Of a DNA stretch of 64,000 nucleotides, positions 62,179 to 64,000 are shown one piece after another. The notes under the pieces were generated by a model. The model had not been told where the DNA came from, did not search any database, and saw only the letters and a list, made by a program, of their open reading frames with translations. This stretch comes from Rickettsiales bacterium (GTDB lineage Bacteria; Pseudomonadota; Alphaproteobacteria; Rickettsiales; UBA998), in contig DAIPJH010000002.1 in assembly GCA_036770365.1 (NCBI GenBank), positions 163,514-227,513 on the forward strand, read 5' to 3'. Numbering within the stretch: the first letter of the stretch is position 1; the number at the start of each line of letters is the position of its first letter. A program made the translations under genes and the position numbers.

Positions 62179-63591
62179 ATGACCACACAAACACTCTCTC
62201 ATCACTTCTGGTTTGTCTTTAAATGGCTGCGCAAGGGTGTTCGTAAGCTTGATGCAGTATCGAACGTTATGGTGCCGCCTATTGACAAATCCGACCTTTC
62301 TAGCCCTGATGCACTCTCACACGGTCCTATCATTTTTGGTATGTGGTCATTCCTCATCATTTTTGGCTTCTTCGGGTTCTGGTCGGCAGTAGCACCACTG
62401 AGCAGCGCAGCAGTATCATCGGGTCAAGTTATTCTAGATTCTAACCGCAAAACCATCCAACACTTAGAAGGTGGTATCATCAAAGAAATTTTGGTGAAAG
62501 AAGGTTCTTTAGTGAAAGAAGGGGATATCATCATCAAACTTGATGAAACCGCAGCCAAAGCCAAACTAGACCAGCTTAAATCGCAGTATTATTCTGAGCT
62601 TGCCGCGCAGGGACGTTTACTGGCGGAACGTGATAACAAACCCACCATTGCTTTCAGTGATGAGCTGTTGACCCAAAAGGATAACCCCGTTGTTCGTGAC
62701 AATGTAGATAGCCAAACACGTCTCTTTGAAGCAAGACGCAAGAGCATTGACGGTCAGATTGATGTACTTAAACAAAAGATTGAGCAATCAAAACAAGAGA
62801 TTGTTGGACTTGAAGCGCAAGCGAAATCTGCTCGTAGCCAAATGGATCTTTTACAACAAGAAATCAGCGTCGTTCGTAAGCTTCTCAAAGAAGGCAATGC
62901 CATGCGACCACGGTTACTTGCATTAGAACGCCAATCTGCGGATCTTAATGGGCAACGCGGCGAACATCTTGCCATGGTATCTCGTTCACAACAAAATATT
63001 GGTGAATCTGAAATTCAGATGATCAATATCAAAAACAAATTTGTCAATGACGTGATGTCTGATCTGAAAGATACACAAGTACGCGTAAGTGACCTACAAG
63101 AACGCATTCGCGCAAGTCAAGATACCTTCGCACGTATCAACATCCTTTCTCCCATCACGGGAACAATTACGGGGCTAAAAGTTCACACCCTTGGTGGCGT
63201 GATTTCTCCAAGTGAAAAGCTGATGGATATTGTTCCCGTGAATGACGAGCTGATCATTGAATCAAAAGTACAAGTGCAGGATATTGATCAGGTCCACGCA
63301 GGTCTCCTCGCCCGAGTTCGTTTAACAGCGTATAAAATGCGCTATGTTCCTATGGTTGAAGGCGAAGTGAAATATATCTCTGCTGACCGCTTTACTGATG
63401 AAAAAACAGGTGCGCCATATTATCTTGCACGGGTACATATTCCAAAAAAATCACTGGATGATTTACCAAATGTCAAACTCTATCCTGGAATGCCTGCAGA
63501 CGTTTTGATTGTCACTGGTGATCGTACTTTGCTTTCCTATCTATTCTCTCCTATCCGTGACTCATTTAGCAAGGCTTTACGCGAACAATAA
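62179..63591 (+). CDS. type I secretion membrane-fusion (HlyD/PrtE/RsaE) adaptor
   Basis: A single N-terminal TM helix, IQHLEGGIIKEILVKEG, a long coiled-coil, and a C-terminal LYPGMPADVLI...RTLLSYL pattern. Confidence 0.9.
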   Translation: MTTQTLSHHFWFVFKWLRKGVRKLDAVSNVMVPPIDKSDLSSPDALSHGPIIFGMWSFLIIFGFFGFWSAVAPLSSAAVSSGQVILDSNRKTIQHLEGGIIKEILVKEGSLVKEGDIIIKLDETAAKAKLDQLKSQYYSELAAQGRLLAERDNKPTIAFSDELLTQKDNPVVRDNVDSQTRLFEARRKSIDGQIDVLKQKIEQSKQEIVGLEAQAKSARSQMDLLQQEISVVRKLLKEGNAMRPRLLALERQSADLNGQRGEHLAMVSRSQQNIGESEIQMINIKNKFVNDVMSDLKDTQVRVSDLQERIRASQDTFARINILSPITGTITGLKVHTLGGVISPSEKLMDIVPVNDELIIESKVQVQDIDQVHAGLLARVRLTAYKMRYVPMVEGEVKYISADRFTDEKTGAPYYLARVHIPKKSLDDLPNVKLYPGMPADVLIVTGDRTLLSYLFSPIRDSFSKALREQ

Positions 63592-63729
63592 TGTGAATAT
63601 AAGGTATGGGATACAATTAAAGAGAAGCTGTAATAGATTAGTCAAGATCCCTCCCGTTTTTTAATAGCTAGCGAATACGAAAAACTTTCAGATCAAAAAC
63701 TAAGCACCGGAAGAGAGCGTCAATCTCCC

Positions 63730-64000
63730 TCACACCCACGTCACATCAGGCGGAAGCGACATCAAAATCGCCTCAACGTTACCACCTGTCATCAGTCCAA
63801 AACGTGTGCCGCGATCATAAAGAAGGTTGAATTCGACATATCTTCCGCGTTTGATGCGTTGTTGCTGGCGATCTGCTTCTGTCCATGTGATTGCCATATT
63901 TTTGCGGACAATTTCAGGATAAGTTTCTAAAAAACATTTGCCAACATCTTGGGTGAAGGCAAAATCGGCCTCCCAGTCACCTGTTTGCAGATAATCATAA
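63730..64000 (-). CDS. hemF: oxygen-dependent coproporphyrinogen III oxidase, C-terminal part (5' end beyond the window)
   Basis: The reverse-strand translation ends ...[40 protein letters not shown]. This matches the HemF C-terminal signature. Confidence 0.85.
   Translation of the reverse strand, partial: YDYLQTGDWEADFAFTQDVGKCFLETYPEIVRKNMAITWTEADRQQQRIKRGRYVEFNLLYDRGTRFGLMTGGNVEAILMSLPPDVTWV

Overview
This is a tightly packed chromosomal window of about 55 protein genes. I saw no rRNA, tRNA, CRISPR array, transposase or integrase. Gene order suggests an alphaproteobacterium: acpP-fabF-mltG, lpoA-like/rsmI-yraN-BON-gshB, msbA-DUF374-waaA-lpxK-lpxL, and glnD-cca. By eye, core genes are roughly 45-53% GC. 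Most genes are housekeeping: fatty-acid synthesis, NAD kinase, the large NAD-glutamate dehydrogenase, ilvB / ilvH-ilvC-leuA, mreB, map, ubiD, pmbA, lipid A/Kdo genes, xseA, purD, phoB-phoX, cca and glnD.

The accessory or unusual content is:
1. A 690-aa orphan protein that appears to be two fused GGDEF-like palm domains with complementary defects (4.2-6.3 kb).
2. A serralysin-type RTX metalloprotease (6.3-7.9 kb) lying about 50 kb from a substrate-ABC-MFP type I secretion locus (58.0-63.6 kb). That locus encodes a 731-aa RTX protein. Both RTX proteins share an unusual extended repeat and both genes contain diverged tandem DNA super-repeats.
3. Two small low-GC islets. One holds a solitary Abi_2-type abortive-infection gene (16.06-16.9 kb). 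The other holds a miniature MuF-motif toxin-like gene plus a candidate immunity gene (20.2-21.26 kb).
4. A His-motif polytopic membrane protein inserted between ilvH and ilvC.
5. A decayed four-helix-bundle (23S rRNA IVS-type) gene.
6. A short palindromic intergenic repeat family.

My best candidates for something undescribed are the MuF-stub/immunity pair and the tandem GGDEF-like protein. Neither is proven from sequence alone. All family assignments rest on motif recognition by eye, not on database searches.
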